Shown piece by piece: positions 61,011 through 64,000 of a stretch of 64,000 nt of DNA. Both the position numbers and the translations under genes were made by a program. The notes under the pieces were generated by a model. It was given only the letters and a program-made list of their open reading frames with translations. It was not told the DNA's origin and ran no database searches. Position 1 is the stretch's first letter; the number at the start of each line of letters is the position of its first letter. Source of the DNA: Mobula hypostoma. Lineage: Eukaryota. The stretch covers positions 9,238,001 through 9,302,000 of the forward strand of contig NC_086120.1 in the NCBI RefSeq assembly GCF_963921235.1, written 5' to 3'.

Positions 61011-61130
61011 GTTGGAAATTGTACACATTTTTTTTTTGCTTTGTCATCTGATGTTTTTTCCACTGTATTGTTTAAAACCCTGTGATGGACATTTTTTTTA
61101 AAAAATCGTCTTCGACAATTTTTTTTCCCT

Positions 61131-61142
61131 GAGGAAGGGGAG
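61131..61142 (+). other. Polypurine tract
   Basis: GAGGAAGGGGAG lies immediately before the TG that opens the 3' LTR. Confidence 0.8.
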
Positions 61143-61814
61143 TGTGAGGGGATCCAGGAGTGCCCTATTAACTGTTTGGAGAGCGACAGTTATCATTGAT
61201 GGTTTGCTTGGAAAGCCGAGAGAGAGAGAGACAGAGTTATTTACCACCGATATGTTGCTTTTGGAAAAGAGAAGAGAGAGACGAAGATTGACAGTTGGAC
61301 TGTCGCTTTAAGGCATTGGAAGTAACTTTGGACTTCCACTGAATTTGGAGTTGGAGACAGCACCCAGCAGCTCGAAGGTTGCTATGGTGACCAAAGGCAG
61401 ATTGTTCATTGTTACGTTCAAGGACTTGTTGCCTGCTTGTGCATTTCTTTGCAGACAAAGGAGGGAGGGACTCTTTGAATGACAGGTAATGCTCAGCCTG
61501 GTGAAATAAATGGGAGGTCAGATGATACAGACCTCAGACACATGATCTGGACACTGAATGAGCATTGTTGTGCCCGCAGAGAAAGTGGGTTTTGGAGGAT
61601 CAATCAGGTGGATTGATCCAAAATTGTATTCCAGTGGTGAAGAAGGGGTTGACTGGTGGGGAGTCGTCTATGTGTCCACCCTTGCCGGGATGATAGCTCC
61701 ACCACAGGAAAATCGGTCCCCCCTGGTTAAAATCACAGTCGGTGACTTGTAAAGGATTTCGGAGGACGACGAGAAGATCGACGGCATCAGCTCACCTGAA
61801 GACTCAACTCACTC

Positions 61815-61863
<49 letters not shown>

Positions 61864-62169
61864 ATCACTACTCGACTAAATACCACGAACTGAACTGAAC
61901 TGAACTTTACTCAACATCATAAGACTGTATCTTTTTACCCCAAACTTAAAGAAGCTTGTTTTTTTTTATACATATATATTCCACACTTAATTTTATATAT
62001 AATCATTGCTAACCTGTGTGAATTATTTACTTCGATATTACTGTATTGCGTAGTTACTAATAAATATTATTAGTTGTTAGCAATATGAGACTCCAAAATG
62101 GTTTCCATCTCTCTGCAATAACCACGGGATAAATACGGTCACCCAGCAATTCATAAGTTATACGTTATA
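61143..62169 (+). repeat. 3' LTR (about 1.03 kb)
   Basis: Starts TGTGAG after the PPT. Contains (GA)n, (CT)21, (CTGAA)n and AATAAA at 62059-62064, and ends near TACGTTATA (taken as a decayed GTTACA). The right end is approximate. Confidence 0.7.
61818..61859. repeat. (CT)21 microsatellite
   Basis: Perfect dinucleotide run inside the LTR. Confidence 0.97.
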
Positions 62170-63229
62170 ATTTTTCAGCTAATTTTACAGCGGAAATGTT
62201 GATTTACAATCTAATCGTGTTCGTGTCCAGCATCAGTTTTACTCGACAGAGTTGTGTTTGGTGAAATGTTTCCGTCTTTTAATAAAGCATTTCTCTTTTC
62301 GGTTGTGTTTTCGGACGAACCATAATTTAACATGTTCTGTTCATTGGTGTTATTTCTGCTCTCGTGTTAGTCTGTCAGTTTTTATGGTGGTTTCACAGTA
62401 AGGAACGTGAAGGGATCCAGTGAAGGGACATAGTGGGATGTGAGGTCTCAGTGGGGTCAGGACATTCCACTGTGGTTGTCAAGACTGCAGAATGACAAGT
62501 TTCAAGTTACTGTTTAGGACTCTCCAATGAAACAACCCTCGGACTTTCACTGGACTTCCAGTGAGGGTGGAACTCTCGTCCTTCACCATCGGATAACAGA
62601 CCCTCTCCCACTGCCCAGTCCTTGCCTCCTCTCTCCTGCCATCTGTTACCTTTAGCGATACTCCTTCCCGGGACTGTTCTGCGAACCCGGTCATTACACC
62701 GACTGTGGCCAGAGCTCCGATTCTGAGGATAATCCAACCTCCCGTCCCTCACGGTGAGTGGGAGCCGAATCACTCCACATCACAAATCAGAGAGCGACCT
62801 ACCCCGCCCCGCTCCATGGAGCTCAGGACCGTGCAATCGGAGCCCTCGCCCACTGGGGCAGAGCAGATTGTGAGATGTTTAACCTCCCAACAGCAGCGGG
62901 ATCATTAGTGATGGGTGATTGGGGCGGAGGCAAGAGGAGGAACGTGTCACTGATGGCCCAGAGAGTGGACACTTTAAACTACTCTGGGGGTGGGGGCGCT
63001 TTGATGCCAGTGTGTCTCTCAATTCAGTGAATGACTGACTCCGCGCCAAACAACCTCACCGATTGGAGTAGATTTCTAGTTTTTCCAGGCTGACCAATAT
63101 GTACTGTCCTCCATGGGCACTGCACGGTCTCTCAGTGAAACTCCGGGCCCCTGGCAATGAAGCTGAAACCTTTTACTCGCGATTCTGTCAAACTGTGAAA
63201 TGACGAGAGTTATGGCGCGACTTGAAACA

Positions 63230-63253
63230 CGTTTTCTCTCGTTTATGTTCCAG
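63230..63253 (+). promoter_or_regulatory. Splice acceptor of the IgL C exon
   Basis: Pyrimidine tract CGTTTTCTCTCGTTTATGTTCCAG. The AG at 63252-63253 opens a phase-1 exon, as expected for a J-C splice. Confidence 0.85.
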
Positions 63254-63576
63254 CTCAGCAGCTCCCGGACCCTTCAGTGAAACTACTTGGGTCGTCAGCC
63301 GAGGAGATCTCCGCTAAAGGATCGGGCACCTTAGTTTGCCTGGTCAGTAAGCTGTCGATCGGCTTCCCTGTCGTCAGCTGGACAGTGAACGACAGTCCGA
63401 CGAGCAGTGAGGTGCAAACCAGCGGGGTGACTCAGAACGCGGACAAAACCTTCAGTCTCAGCAGCTACCTGACGGTGCCCGGCGCAGACTGGAGCAGTGG
63501 GAAGAGGTACTCCTGCTCAGTTCAACAAGGAGCAGCCTCGACAATATCCGCAACTGTCACACAGTCCAGCTGTTAA
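63254..63576 (+). CDS. IGLC: Immunoglobulin light-chain constant exon (C1-set), most similar to the sigma isotype
   Basis: xQQLPDPSVKLLGSSAEEISAKGSGTLVCLVSKLSIGFPVVSWTVNDSPTSSEVQTSGVTQNADKTFSLSSYLTVPGADWSSGKRYSCSVQQGAASTISATVTQSSC*. It has the B- and F-strand Cys (58 residues between them), the C-strand Trp, TFSLSSYLT and a C-terminal inter-chain Cys. SKLS in place of FYP and QQ in place of xH resemble sigma chains as I recall them (isotype confidence about 0.65). Confidence 0.95.
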
Positions 63577-63868
63577 ACAGAGCGCGGCTTCGGCCTTGTT
63601 TGTTCCCGATTAACGGGAGATCATGGCCTTGTATCTTTCACCTCTACCTCTCTCACTCGCTCTTCACTGTACTTCCCTTCTGTTCCGCTCTCTGTAGTTT
63701 CCACTGTGGTGTTGGAATATTTGTACCCGAGGCTGATTTGAGGCGGATTTGGTTCTTTTTCCTACTGAGAGGCTACACGGTGGTAACGCGGACAGTTATT
63801 TGGCTTCTTGAAATTTCAGGCTGTGAATGGTTTTCTTTGAAATTGGGTTTGGTTTAATTAGAATAATT

Positions 63869-63874
63869 AATAAA
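63869..63874 (+). terminator. PolyA signal candidate 1 for IgL C
   Basis: AATAAA about 290 bp after the stop codon, followed by a GT/T-rich stretch. Confidence 0.6.
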
Positions 63875-63931
63875 CGTTTTGTGATTCATTATCAGTATCA
63901 GACTGACAAACGGTAATGGTGACTAACTACC

Positions 63932-63937
63932 AATAAA
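63932..63937 (+). terminator. PolyA signal candidate 2 for IgL C
   Basis: Second AATAAA 63 bp downstream of the first, followed by a T-rich stretch at the window end. Confidence 0.45.
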
Positions 63938-64000
63938 GATGATCAGTGCAGGAATGATTTCCGAGCGCGCCTTTCGTCTTCTTTCGTGTTTTTCCTATTC

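Larger units (their letters stand above)
58252..62169 (+). mobile_element. Internally deleted Ty3/Gypsy LTR retrotransposon with IN-(RT)-RNase H order (Gmr1-like), interrupted by a CR1
   Basis: Direct repeat at 58252-58363 and 61143-61264, integrase C-terminal remnant, RT N-terminal start, RNase H remnant, polypurine tract, then a full 3' LTR. The right end is approximate and no TSD was found. Confidence 0.8.

Noticed and set aside
62036-62044. TATTACTGT (YYC) as the end of a V exon
   Set aside because: It lies in the AT-rich LTR, with no upstream V frame and no downstream RSS.
58246-62176. TSD around the Gmr1-like element
   Set aside because: The left flank (TGGGCC) and right flank (ATTTTT) do not match, so the element ends are not confirmed.
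62468-62474. Heptamer CACTGTG (another at 63702-63708)
   Set aside because: No GGTTTTTGT-like nonamer at 12 or 23 bp and no FGxGT-coding sequence after either.
62398-62759. Splice-donor-like GTAAGG (62398) and GTGAGT (62754) as possible J ends
   Set aside because: Phase-1 upstream translations (VLVCQFLWWFH; PILRIIQPPVPH) are not J-like. They could still serve sterile transcripts, but this cannot be tested here.
62479-63030. Several 67-90-aa ORFs upstream of the C exon
   Set aside because: No recognisable domain or leader-peptide features, and the lengths are expected by chance in GC-rich intronic DNA.

Overview
Eukaryotic DNA, most likely from a cartilaginous fish (inferred from the Ig light-chain C exon and the CR1 LINE family). 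Positions 1-54965 (86% of the window) are one uninterrupted GC-rich tandem satellite that runs off the left edge. Its main monomer is GGCTGCGGGATCATCGAGGCTGGGGTACGGAGCTT (35 bp), with related 37-, 36- and 29-bp monomers grouped into an irregular higher-order module (about 31 copies). All the long ORFs in this part are by-products of the repeat, not genes. The remaining 9 kb is a transposon-layered flank. In order it holds two small minisatellites, a putative minus-strand LTR facing into the satellite, three decayed LINE fragments, and an internally deleted Gypsy element with integrase upstream of RNase H (Gmr1-like) that carries a young nested CR1. It ends with an intact immunoglobulin light-chain constant exon (sigma-like) with splice acceptor and polyA signals, but no recognisable V or J upstream. 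The two most interesting leads are (i) the satellite may have grown out of an internal repeat of the adjacent LTR element and (ii) the IgL C exon is either orphaned or separated from its V-J by more than 55 kb of satellite. I see no convincing evidence of a new protein-coding system. All counts and coordinates were read by eye.
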